A DNA stretch of 62,349 nt from contig JALFKB010000102.1 of assembly GCA_022775805.1 (NCBI GenBank), positions 1 to 62,349 of the forward strand, in the 5' to 3' direction. Below the pieces are notes generated by a model, which was not told the origin of the DNA, ran no database searches, and saw only the letters and a program-made list of their open reading frames with translations. Below are positions 29,847 through 37,596 of the stretch, one piece after another; within the stretch, counting starts at the first letter, position 1, and the number at the start of each line of letters is the position of its first letter. This DNA comes from Clostridiales bacterium. GTDB lineage: Bacteria > Bacillota > Clostridia > Peptostreptococcales > Anaerovoracaceae. A program made the position numbers and the translations under genes.

Positions 29847-29848
29847 AG
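29561..29848 (+). pseudogene. alaS: Truncated alanyl-tRNA synthetase N-terminal fragment (95 aa)
   Basis: 92 of 95 aa identical to the N-terminus of the full alaS. Ends with TAG where the full gene continues TTT GGT. Confidence 0.88.
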
Positions 29849-29861
29849 GGAGGGGAGCAAC

Positions 29862-30047
29862 ATGCTAGCATTTACAATCATAATACTTGTCTGTGCGATA
29901 CCTGTTTCCGTATTTATGGTTCGAGGTTGTCTTGACAGGAGTAAAAGCAATAAAACCAGTTTATTTGGTTCATTTAATTCGGAGTATCGAGATGATCCAT
30001 TGTGGAAAAGCAATCGTACCATGAAAGAGAAAGAGAAAGAGAATTAG
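29862..30047 (+). CDS. Small single-TM hypothetical protein (61 aa)
   Basis: Strong RBS (GGAGGGGAG) before ATG, N-terminal hydrophobic helix, AT-rich. Confidence 0.6.
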   Translation: MLAFTIIILVCAIPVSVFMVRGCLDRSKSNKTSLFGSFNSEYRDDPLWKSNRTMKEKEKEN

Positions 30048-30102
30048 AAATTATATATTTGTATTGTCACAAACATATAATGTGACCTCGTGTACATATA
30101 AT

Positions 30103-30493
30103 GAAGCCCCGGATATTGAGTCTTCCGGGGTTTTGTTGTATACTTTAATAAGTATTTGCAATTTTACCCGTGAACCGGGATAACATAAGAAAGGAAACGA
30201 TAATCACATGGAAAAAATGGGCTTAAACAAAATCAGAGAAGAGTTTCTCAGTTTCTTTGAATCAAAGGAACACTACAGAAGACAGAGCTATTCACTTGTA
30301 CCGGAAAAGGACAAGAGTCTTCTTCTGATAAACGCGGGAATGGCACCGCTGAAGCCGTACTTCGCGGGTATAGAGACACCGCCGTCAAAGAGAATGACAA
30401 CATGCCAGAAGTGTATAAGAACAGGTGATATCGAAAACGTGGGGTTCACTGACAGACACGGTACCTTCTTCGAAATGATGGGAAATTTTTCCT
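30103..30493 (+). repeat. Diverged direct repeat, copy 2 (5' end of functional alaS)
   Basis: Partner of 29456-29846. Includes TTGAGT(30116)-17-TATACT(30139). Confidence 0.95.
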
Positions 30494-32838
30494 TTGGTGA
30501 TTATTTCAAAAAAGAAGCTATCTCCTGGGCCTGGGAGTTTATTACTGAACACCTTCACATGCCTGTTGACAGGCTCTGGGCAACTGTATATGAAAATGAC
30601 GATGAAGCATACGCGCTCTGGAGAGACATGATTGGTATGCCTGAAGAGAGAATCGTAAGGCTTGGCAAGGATGATAACTTCTGGGAAATCGGTACCGGAC
30701 CATGCGGCCCTTGTTCTGAAATATATTTCGACAGGGGAGAAGCACACGGATGCGGCAGCCCTGACTGCAAGCCGGGCTGCGAGTGTGACAGATATGTTGA
30801 GTTCTGGAATCTTGTTTTTACCCAGTTTGACAGAGATGAGGATGGAAATTACACCGATCTGCCTCATCCGAATATCGATACGGGACTGGGTCTTGAGAGA
30901 ATGGCCTGCGTAATGCAGGATACAAGCTCAATATTTGACGTTGATACCGTTAAGTTCATCAGAGAGGGCGTCGAAAAGGTTTCCGGCGTTAAATACTGCG
31001 ACGGAGCGGAAGCAACAGATGTATCAATCAGAATAATCACAGACCATCTGAGATCCATGACATTCATGATCAGCGACGGAATTCTCCCGGGCAACGAGGG
31101 CAGGGAGTATGTTCTCAGAAGACTCATAAGAAGAGCCGCCATGCACGGACGGAAGCTGGGAATTACAGGACCGTTCCTGTCAGAGCTCTGTGACAGGGTA
31201 ATCGACACCTCAAGCGGCGCTTATCCTGAGCTTGAAAAGCGCAGAATAATGATTAGACGTGTTGTTAATTCCGAAGAGAACAAATTCGCATCAACAATCG
31301 AACTGGGAATGAGCATCATCGATGAATACATTGCTGACATGGTTGTTGCAGGAAGCAAGGTATTAGAGGGTGCAAAGGCCTTCAAGCTTCATGACACCTA
31401 CGGCTTCCCAATTGACCTGACAAAGGAAATACTCTCCGAAAAAGGTTATGAAGTTGATGAAGAGGGCTTCCGCAGGGAAATGGAACAGCAGAAGCTTCGC
31501 TCAAGAACAGAACAGGATATGGAGGGAGCCGGCTGGAAAAACGATGACAATACCCTTGAATTCTCCGGAGAAACTGAATTTGTGGGTTATGTATCGCTGG
31601 ATGCATCAGCTGTAATCAAATCCCTTGTGCTGGATGATGACTTCGTAGATTCCGTAAGGGAAGGGGACACCTGCCTTATGGTTCTGGATAAAACACCTTT
31701 CTATGCCGAAAGCGGCGGTCAGGTGGCAGATGACGGTTTCATCTTCAATGAGAATGGGGGCATTGCCAGAGTTGATGACGTTAAAAAGTCAGGAAAGGTA
31801 TTCACCCACCAGGTATTCATTCAGAAGGGTGAATTCAATACTGGCGACAAGACTGACGCCATGGTTACTGCACCACACAGAAACATGACTGCTGCCAACC
31901 ACTCGGCAACTCATATGCTCCACAAGGCCCTCCAGGAGGTTCTTGGGGATCATGTCAAGCAGTCAGGTTCCCGTGTGGACAGATACGGCCTCAGATTTGA
32001 CTTCTCCCACTATCAGGCTATGACAGATGAGGAAATAGCAAGGGTAGAGGAAATAGTCAACGATAAAATCAGACACTTCATTCCTGTTACTACGAAAGTA
32101 ATGGATATAGATGAAGCCAAAAAAGATGGTGCTATGGCACTCTTTGACGACAAATACGGTGACAAAGTTCGAGTTGTTTCAATCGGTAACTTCAGCAGAG
32201 AGCTGTGCGGCGGTACCCATGTAGCGAACTCAGGAGATCTTGGCGCATTTAAAATTGTAAGCGAAACAGGTGTTGCTTCAGGTGTAAGGCGTATTGAAGC
32301 CATAACAGGTCAGCAGATTCTCGCAAATTATGTTTCCGACCTTGATACAATTAATTCAATAGCGGCAGCCCTGAAATCAAACAAGGATATTATTGCTGAA
32401 AGAGTGTCCGCTCTTATGGATGAAAACAAGGCTCTCAAGAAGGAGCTTGAGGAACTGAAAAGGGCAGAAATGAGCAAAGGCCTTGGTTCTCTCATTGACG
32501 AAGCCGAGGAAATTAACGGAATCAGACTTATTACAAAGGGTTTCGAGGATTACGGCATTAATGATTTAAGAGAGCTTTCAGACCAGATAAAAGCCGACAA
32601 CAAGAATGTTGTAATGGTATTCGCAGCAGTATCCGGCGGCAAGGTTACATTCCTTGTATCAGTAACAGATGATCTGGTTGACAAGGGTCTCCATGCCGGC
32701 AAGATGATTAAGGAAATTGCAGCTGCTGCAGGAGGAGGCGGCGGAGGCAAGGCCGACATGGCCCAGGCCGGTGCCAAGGATCCTTCGAAGATTGATGCTG
32801 CCTTCGAGAAGGCTGTAGAACTTATGAATAAGGCTTAA
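30208..32838 (+). CDS. alaS: Alanine--tRNA ligase
   Basis: [36 protein letters not shown], editing motifs HSATH and ELCGGTH, GGGG tail. Confidence 0.98.
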   Translation: MEKMGLNKIREEFLSFFESKEHYRRQSYSLVPEKDKSLLLINAGMAPLKPYFAGIETPPSKRMTTCQKCIRTGDIENVGFTDRHGTFFEMMGNFSFGDYFKKEAISWAWEFITEHLHMPVDRLWATVYENDDEAYALWRDMIGMPEERIVRLGKDDNFWEIGTGPCGPCSEIYFDRGEAHGCGSPDCKPGCECDRYVEFWNLVFTQFDRDEDGNYTDLPHPNIDTGLGLERMACVMQDTSSIFDVDTVKFIREGVEKVSGVKYCDGAEATDVSIRIITDHLRSMTFMISDGILPGNEGREYVLRRLIRRAAMHGRKLGITGPFLSELCDRVIDTSSGAYPELEKRRIMIRRVVNSEENKFASTIELGMSIIDEYIADMVVAGSKVLEGAKAFKLHDTYGFPIDLTKEILSEKGYEVDEEGFRREMEQQKLRSRTEQDMEGAGWKNDDNTLEFSGETEFVGYVSLDASAVIKSLVLDDDFVDSVREGDTCLMVLDKTPFYAESGGQVADDGFIFNENGGIARVDDVKKSGKVFTHQVFIQKGEFNTGDKTDAMVTAPHRNMTAANHSATHMLHKALQEVLGDHVKQSGSRVDRYGLRFDFSHYQAMTDEEIARVEEIVNDKIRHFIPVTTKVMDIDEAKKDGAMALFDDKYGDKVRVVSIGNFSRELCGGTHVANSGDLGAFKIVSETGVASGVRRIEAITGQQILANYVSDLDTINSIAAALKSNKDIIAERVSALMDENKALKKELEELKRAEMSKGLGSLIDEAEEINGIRLITKGFEDYGINDLRELSDQIKADNKNVVMVFAAVSGGKVTFLVSVTDDLVDKGLHAGKMIKEIAAAAGGGGGGKADMAQAGAKDPSKIDAAFEKAVELMNKA

Positions 32839-32934
32839 CCCTAGGTTAATTATCATTATAAACAATCTTTAACTTGTAATGAATTGTATTTTAATGGTAT
32901 ACTTTTAACAACAAGATGGTTGGAGGAAATAATA

Positions 32935-33183
32935 ATGGATAGACAGACAAGAATGTACGATAGTTTCGATAGAGTCGAGCAGAAAACAATCGAAGAAATC
33001 CTTACTATCGTTTATGATGCTCTCGAAGAGAGGGGATACAATGCGATAGACCAGATGGTTGGTTACATTTTATCGGGAGATCCGTCTTACATTACCAGTC
33101 ATAACAATGCCAGAAACATTATCGGCAGAATCGAAAGAGACGATCTGGTAGAGGAACTCATTAAGGCATACCTGCACAAGTAA
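32935..33183 (+). CDS. IreB/ReoM family (UPF0297) protein
   Basis: VY.AL.ERGYN...Q.VGY.LSGDP.YIT.H.NAR..I...ERD. ATG follows GGAGG; alaS-ireB-ruvX synteny. Confidence 0.93.
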   Translation: MDRQTRMYDSFDRVEQKTIEEILTIVYDALEERGYNAIDQMVGYILSGDPSYITSHNNARNIIGRIERDDLVEELIKAYLHK

Positions 33184-33203
33184 TTAAACGGGAAGGTTTT
33201 TTC

Positions 33204-33635
33204 ATGAAAAAAATCGGTCTGGATGTAGGAGATAAAACAATAGGCGTCGCTGTAAGTGACGCCTTAAATATTACCGCTCAGGGAATAATGACCATAGAGA
33301 GAATAGGCATTAAGAAGGATACAGCTGCAGTAATCGACCTGATAAAAGAACATCTGTGCGACACTGTTGTTATGGGCCTTCCGCTGAAACTTGACGGCAC
33401 AGACAGCCCCCAGACAGAAAAGGTCAGGCAGTTTGCAACTAAGCTTGAAAACAAGCTTAGAGCCGAAAGAATGGGAGATGTTAAAATAGTGTATCAGGAT
33501 GAGCGTCTCACCACGGTAATGGCCGAGAGAGTGCTGATCGATGCCGACTTGTCAAGAGCCAAGCGAAAGAAGGTAATCGACAAGCAGGCTGCTGTGATAA
33601 TTCTTCAGAGTTATCTTGACAGCAATCCTGCATAA
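33204..33635 (+). CDS. ruvX: YqgF/RuvX family RNase H-fold nuclease
   Basis: GLDVGDKTIGVAVSD, GLP, DERLTT, ID..AA..ILQ.YLD. Confidence 0.95.
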   Translation: MKKIGLDVGDKTIGVAVSDALNITAQGIMTIERIGIKKDTAAVIDLIKEHLCDTVVMGLPLKLDGTDSPQTEKVRQFATKLENKLRAERMGDVKIVYQDERLTTVMAERVLIDADLSRAKRKKVIDKQAAVIILQSYLDSNPA

Positions 33636-33663
33636 CAATATAACTCACTTATGAAAAGGAAAG

Positions 33664-33693
33664 GGCCTGAGATACCGAAGAGTGTTTCAGGCC
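33664..33693. terminator. Hairpin left of the dif-like site
   Basis: GGCCTGAGATAC-CGAAGA-GTGTTTCAGGCC. Pyrimidine tail on the - strand. Confidence 0.6.
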
Positions 33694-33712
33694 ATCTACA
33701 TTTATTTACAAC

Positions 33713-33740
33713 TATTCCGATAATCATAATTTTGGGAATA
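33713..33740. other. Putative dif (chromosome dimer resolution) site, 11-6-11
   Basis: TATTCCGATAA-TCATAA-TTTTGGGAATA. Arms match 9/11 as an inverted repeat. Intergenic, at the gene-orientation switch, 2.7 kb from an XerS-like recombinase. Confidence 0.7.
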
Positions 33741-33759
33741 GATATAGCCAAAGAAGTAA

Positions 33760-33795
33760 GGGATAGGCCAAAAAGTGCGGAAAACGGCCTATCCC
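33760..33795. terminator. Hairpin right of the dif-like site (probable yneA terminator)
   Basis: GGGATAGGCC-N16-GGCCTATCCC. Followed by TTACTTCTTT on the - strand. Confidence 0.6.
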
Positions 33796-33902
33796 AGTAG
33801 TTTGTACCATTTATAACCATTCTGTCATTTACCCCGAAAATATCGAGGCTCTATTATTCGATTTAAGGGATTTTATTTTACCCTTTTGATATATGATACC
33901 TG

Positions 33903-34229
33903 TTAAAGACTTACCGGAATATTGAGTTTCATTCCTTCTTCAATATATCCATCCTTAAGATTGTTTTCACGACAGATTTCATATACAGCTTCTCGGGTAT
34001 CCTTATTAGTGCTCTTGTATTCGTAGGCAATGTCCCAGACTGTATCACCGGAAGCAACTTCCACAACGATTTTGTCCTTAGGCTGTGAATCCAATGCCGT
34101 AGCTGAATATAATCCTGAAATCATTCCGAACGCGCCTACAGTGAGTCCAACAACAATTACAAGGAAAACTGTAAATCTTACCGGTGATTTGATTCTGTAT
34201 TTTTTTCTGCCTTTGCTGTTGTTTCTCAT
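33903..34229 (-). CDS. yneA: SOS cell-division inhibitor YneA-like (TM + LysM)
   Basis: Basic N-terminus, one TM helix, LysM (V.SGDTVWDIA...NNL....I..G..L.IP). SOS boxes upstream. ATG follows GAGGTG. Confidence 0.85.
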   Translation of the reverse strand: MRNNSKGRKKYRIKSPVRFTVFLVIVVGLTVGAFGMISGLYSATALDSQPKDKIVVEVASGDTVWDIAYEYKSTNKDTREAVYEICRENNLKDGYIEEGMKLNIPVSL

Positions 34230-34254
34230 GTGACACCTCACTTTCCTACCCTAT

Positions 34255-34325
34255 GAACAACTGTTCGTAGTATTAATATAGCAGAATGTTTGTTCGGTGT
34301 CAACAGTATTTGCGAAAATTTGTTC
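34255..34325 (-). promoter_or_regulatory. yneA promoter with three LexA (Cheo) boxes
   Basis: GAACaactGTTC (34255-66), GAATgtttGTTC (34284-95), GAAAatttGTTC (34314-25). - strand TTGACA(34303)-17-TATATT. Confidence 0.85.
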
Positions 34326-34419
34326 TTTTTTGTTCTGCCTGTTCGTTTCCTTGTTTTCTTGCTCCTTTATCCTTTTATCTCTTGCTGACTCACTCACTAT
34401 CTTTCCGGCTGCTTGCCGG

Positions 34420-35154
34420 CTACATTTCAAGAAGCCTGTCGGTTGCCCTGTGAATAAGATCTATTATTTTCTTTCTGAAAATAACTCCCAGCACGCAGAG
34501 CACAACTGCTGCTGCTGCGATTATTCCGGCACTGAGATATCCCCCTGCGCCCACCTGATGTCCTATTATCAGGCTCCCCACCATTCCCGGAATTCTGCCT
34601 ATGAGAGACACAATAAGATAGGGCTTCAGCTTCAGATCGGATAGGCCCGCCGCATAGCTGCAGAGGTCCTTAGGTATTCCGGGAATCAGAAATATCACAA
34701 AGGTTATTATTAAACCCTTGGGACTGTTCATATTGTCTATCATCTCCGTTACCTTCTTCTCTCCGAAGAGCATATGAACAGCATCCTTTCCCAGAAGTCT
34801 TGCCATGTAGTAAACGATAACGGAGCCAATCGCAGCACCTGCAATGGAAAGAAGCATGCTTGGAACAAATCCAAATAGATATCCTGAGGCAAACTGCAGA
34901 GCCTGTCCCGGAATAATGCATATTATAATCTGAAGCACCTGGGCTCCAATATATACAAGCATGCTCACGTGCTTGTACTGTTCAAGCCACAGCCTCATGT
35001 CCTTGATGCTTGTAAAACCAGAAAAGAATTCCCTCTGAAAAAAGTAAATGTATGCCGGTATACCAATGAGTATCACAGCAAAAACAAGCAACTTCAGTAC
35101 TGCAGATATTTTTTTAAATTTATTGTTTCGCTTTTCTTTTATAGTTTCATCCAT
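34420..35154 (-). CDS. TVP38/TMEM64 (VTT/DedA-like) membrane protein
   Basis: QIIICIIPG, FLIPGIPKD...Y.AGL, GRIPG. Multi-TM. Confidence 0.88.
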   Translation of the reverse strand: MDETIKEKRNNKFKKISAVLKLLVFAVILIGIPAYIYFFQREFFSGFTSIKDMRLWLEQYKHVSMLVYIGAQVLQIIICIIPGQALQFASGYLFGFVPSMLLSIAGAAIGSVIVYYMARLLGKDAVHMLFGEKKVTEMIDNMNSPKGLIITFVIFLIPGIPKDLCSYAAGLSDLKLKPYLIVSLIGRIPGMVGSLIIGHQVGAGGYLSAGIIAAAAVVLCVLGVIFRKKIIDLIHRATDRLLEM

Positions 35155-35169
35155 AGTCGTAAAATCAGC

Positions 35170-36462
35170 TTATAAAGAAACTGTTCCTCGGTCACAAAGC
35201 TCCTGGAGGGCCTTGATTACACCGAACTTCGAGTGTTCATAAGTAAGACCTCCCTGGAAATATACTATATACGGCTCTCTGATTGGAGCGTCGGCAGAAA
35301 GCTCAATTGAGGAACCCTGAACGAAGGCACCTGCAGCCATTATTACAGGATCTTCATATCCCGGCATTGCCCAAGGCTCAGGTGAAACATGGGAGTCAAT
35401 TGGAGCCGCAGCCTGTATGCCTTTGCAGAAGCCTATGACAGCCTCAGGAGACCCCAGTTTAACAGCCTGAATGATATCGCTTCTCAGATCCTCCGATTTC
35501 GGACATACCTCATAGCCCAGTTTTTCGAATACACGTGCACAGAGTACAGCTCCCTTGACTGCTCCGTTTACAGTCTTCGGTGCTATGAAGAGCCCCTGAA
35601 GCATTGTTCTCGTCTGTCCGAAGGTCAGACCACATTCGCCGCCGATTCCCGGTGTTGTGAGCCTGTAGCTTACTTTATCAATCAGATCGGCTCTTCCTGC
35701 AATGTATCCGCCGGTGAGAGCTAGACCGCCGCCGGGGTTCTTGATCAGAGATCCCGCCATTATGTCTGCACCCACATCAGTAGGTTCCTTCACATGAAGG
35801 AACTCCCCGTAGCAGTTGTCCACCATACGCACAATATCAGGGTTAATATTTCTGACAAATTCTGCCCACTCCTGTATTTCTTCGATTGAAATGGCCTTTC
35901 TCCAGCCATAGCCTGTTGCCCTCTGAAGGCAAACCATTCTAGTGGCAGGGGTAATTGCCTTTGCAACAGCTTCAAGGTCGATTCTGCCATCCGGTGTGAG
36001 CTCAACCTGGGAATAGGTCACACCGTAGTCCTTAAGAGAGCCCTTGCCCTCTCCACGAATTCCTATTGTTTCCTCAAGTGTATCGTAGGGTGCTCCCGTG
36101 CAGTAAATCATGTGATCCCCGGGACGAAGAACCCCTGTGAGGGCCAGACTCAAGGCATGGGTGCCGTTTACGATTATAGGTCTTACAAGAGCAGCCTCCG
36201 CATGGAATATGTCTGCGAAAACCCGTTCTGTGGCGTCCCTGCCCGCATCATCGTATCCGTAACCTGTGTTCCAGGAAAAGTGTCTGTCACAGATGCCGTT
36301 CTTCTGGAATGCATCAAGAACCTTGTACTGGTTGTAGGCCATTATGTCGTCAAGCTTTGTGAAACAGTCGGCTACCTCCCTCTCGGCCTCATCAATTATG
36401 TTAAGCACCTTTTCTGATATATTGAAGTTGTTAATAAGAAGATTGTGTGTATTTTTCTGCAT
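35170..36462 (-). CDS. YnbB-like PLP enzyme (methionine gamma-lyase/aluminium-resistance family)
   Basis: TGYGYDD.GR, GTHA, VDNCYGEF, GSLIKNPGGG, MAAGAFVQGSSIELSAD. Confidence 0.93.
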   Translation of the reverse strand: MQKNTHNLLINNFNISEKVLNIIDEAEREVADCFTKLDDIMAYNQYKVLDAFQKNGICDRHFSWNTGYGYDDAGRDATERVFADIFHAEAALVRPIIVNGTHALSLALTGVLRPGDHMIYCTGAPYDTLEETIGIRGEGKGSLKDYGVTYSQVELTPDGRIDLEAVAKAITPATRMVCLQRATGYGWRKAISIEEIQEWAEFVRNINPDIVRMVDNCYGEFLHVKEPTDVGADIMAGSLIKNPGGGLALTGGYIAGRADLIDKVSYRLTTPGIGGECGLTFGQTRTMLQGLFIAPKTVNGAVKGAVLCARVFEKLGYEVCPKSEDLRSDIIQAVKLGSPEAVIGFCKGIQAAAPIDSHVSPEPWAMPGYEDPVIMAAGAFVQGSSIELSADAPIREPYIVYFQGGLTYEHSKFGVIKALQELCDRGTVSL

Positions 36463-37596
36463 TTAGTCCCTTTCCTTTCTTTCAAGCTCCCATTCCATGT
36501 CGCTGACAAGGTCTCTCTTAACATTCATCTTATGGGAAGCATACAGCTGTGTTGTTGTAACCTGTTCGTGATCAAGCAGCTCCTGGACATCGAATATGGA
36601 ATTTCCCCTTCCAATGAGACTCGTGGCGGCAGTTGCCCTGAGCTTGTGAGGGCTGTAGCCCCCCTTTCTTGATGTTGCCAGACCGATGGAGGTGTATTTC
36701 TTAACAAGATCCCGGATTGCCCGTTCCGTCATTCTTCTGCCCTGAAGGGACAGAAACAGCGCATCATGATGTCCTTCTTTGATCTTTTCGTCTGAAGGTC
36801 GTTCATTGTCCAGATAGTCCCTCAGTACCTCAGTAACGGACTTGTTCATAGGCATAATTGCTTCCTTGTCCCGCTTTCGGTATATCTTGAACTCTCCCCT
36901 GTTAAAATTGAAGGAAGACACGTTGAGCTGCTGCAGCTCGAAGAGCCTGAGCCCGTAGGTGAGAAAGAGGATAAGTATGGCCTTGTCCCGTTTCCTTGTT
37001 TTCTCCCAGTACTGATGCTCCTTGGGGGTAAGGCTGGCGCCTGTGGTGACAGCATCCAGCATTATCATAACCTCATCATCCTGGAGTGCCTTGATTTCCC
37101 GTTCTCCCGGCTTGGGAACACGGATTGGATCGAAGCCGTCAGTTATGTTTTTATCCAGAAGCTCATCCCTGTACAGCTGTTTAAACAGCACCGAGACAGA
37201 TGATTTCTTCCTGGCAAGGGTCTTGTTGGTGTTTTCGAAAACAACGATTTCATTTTCCTTTTCAACCCTGTAGCTGCGGCAGTAATCAATAAACAGGTTA
37301 ACATCAGCAGCTCTGATATTCCTGAATTCATCCAGCTTGATTTCTCTTGTTTCCCGGGCTTCTGTAAGATCCGTTTCGTTAATAAGATACTGGCAGAAAA
37401 ACCTGATATCCGTCAGATAGGCCAGCCTTGACATTGGGAGAACATTTCCCCTGAGGTAAGCAAAAAAGCCTCTCATGAAGCTGGGAAGCTGCCTTTGCAG
37501 CTCCTCGCATCTGGAGACTATTTCATGTTCTTTAAGGATAATATTATCCGGTTTGTCGCTTCTGTTGTGAAGCTTTACAGTTTTTTCCTCAGCCAC
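36463..37596 (-). CDS. Tyrosine recombinase, XerS-like
   Basis: Catalytic set R217, K241, H317-K-L-R320, H343, Y352. Segments LT.KE..YW.K...RD.AI, ALFLSL and SPHKLR resemble XerS as recalled. GTG start overlaps miaA. Confidence 0.9.
   Translation of the reverse strand: MAEEKTVKLHNRSDKPDNIILKEHEIVSRCEELQRQLPSFMRGFFAYLRGNVLPMSRLAYLTDIRFFCQYLINETDLTEARETREIKLDEFRNIRAADVNLFIDYCRSYRVEKENEIVVFENTNKTLARKKSSVSVLFKQLYRDELLDKNITDGFDPIRVPKPGEREIKALQDDEVMIMLDAVTTGASLTPKEHQYWEKTRKRDKAILILFLTYGLRLFELQQLNVSSFNFNRGEFKIYRKRDKEAIMPMNKSVTEVLRDYLDNERPSDEKIKEGHHDALFLSLQGRRMTERAIRDLVKKYTSIGLATSRKGGYSPHKLRATAATSLIGRGNSIFDVQELLDHEQVTTTQLYASHKMNVKRDLVSDMEWELERKERD

Noticed and set aside
30145-30207. T-box leader for alaS (and for leuS)
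   Set aside because: The alaS leader is only about 55 nt with no T-box consensus. leuS starts 13 nt after rsfS.
33719-33733. GATAATCATAAT as a Fur box
   Set aside because: Only a partial match, and it lies between convergent gene ends. The 11-6-11 Xer geometry explains it better.
33611-33820. 69-aa hydrophobic ORF on the - strand (possible toxin)
   Set aside because: No clear RBS. It runs through two hairpins and the dif-like site and overlaps the ruvX end.
34251-34397. Roughly 48-codon - strand ORF upstream of yneA
   Set aside because: It runs through the promoter and SOS boxes and is probably a by-product of purine-rich sequence.
36463-37596. Recombinase as a prophage/ICE integrase
   Set aside because: No phage, conjugation or excisionase genes and no att-like flanking repeats were seen. 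It is tightly coupled to housekeeping genes.
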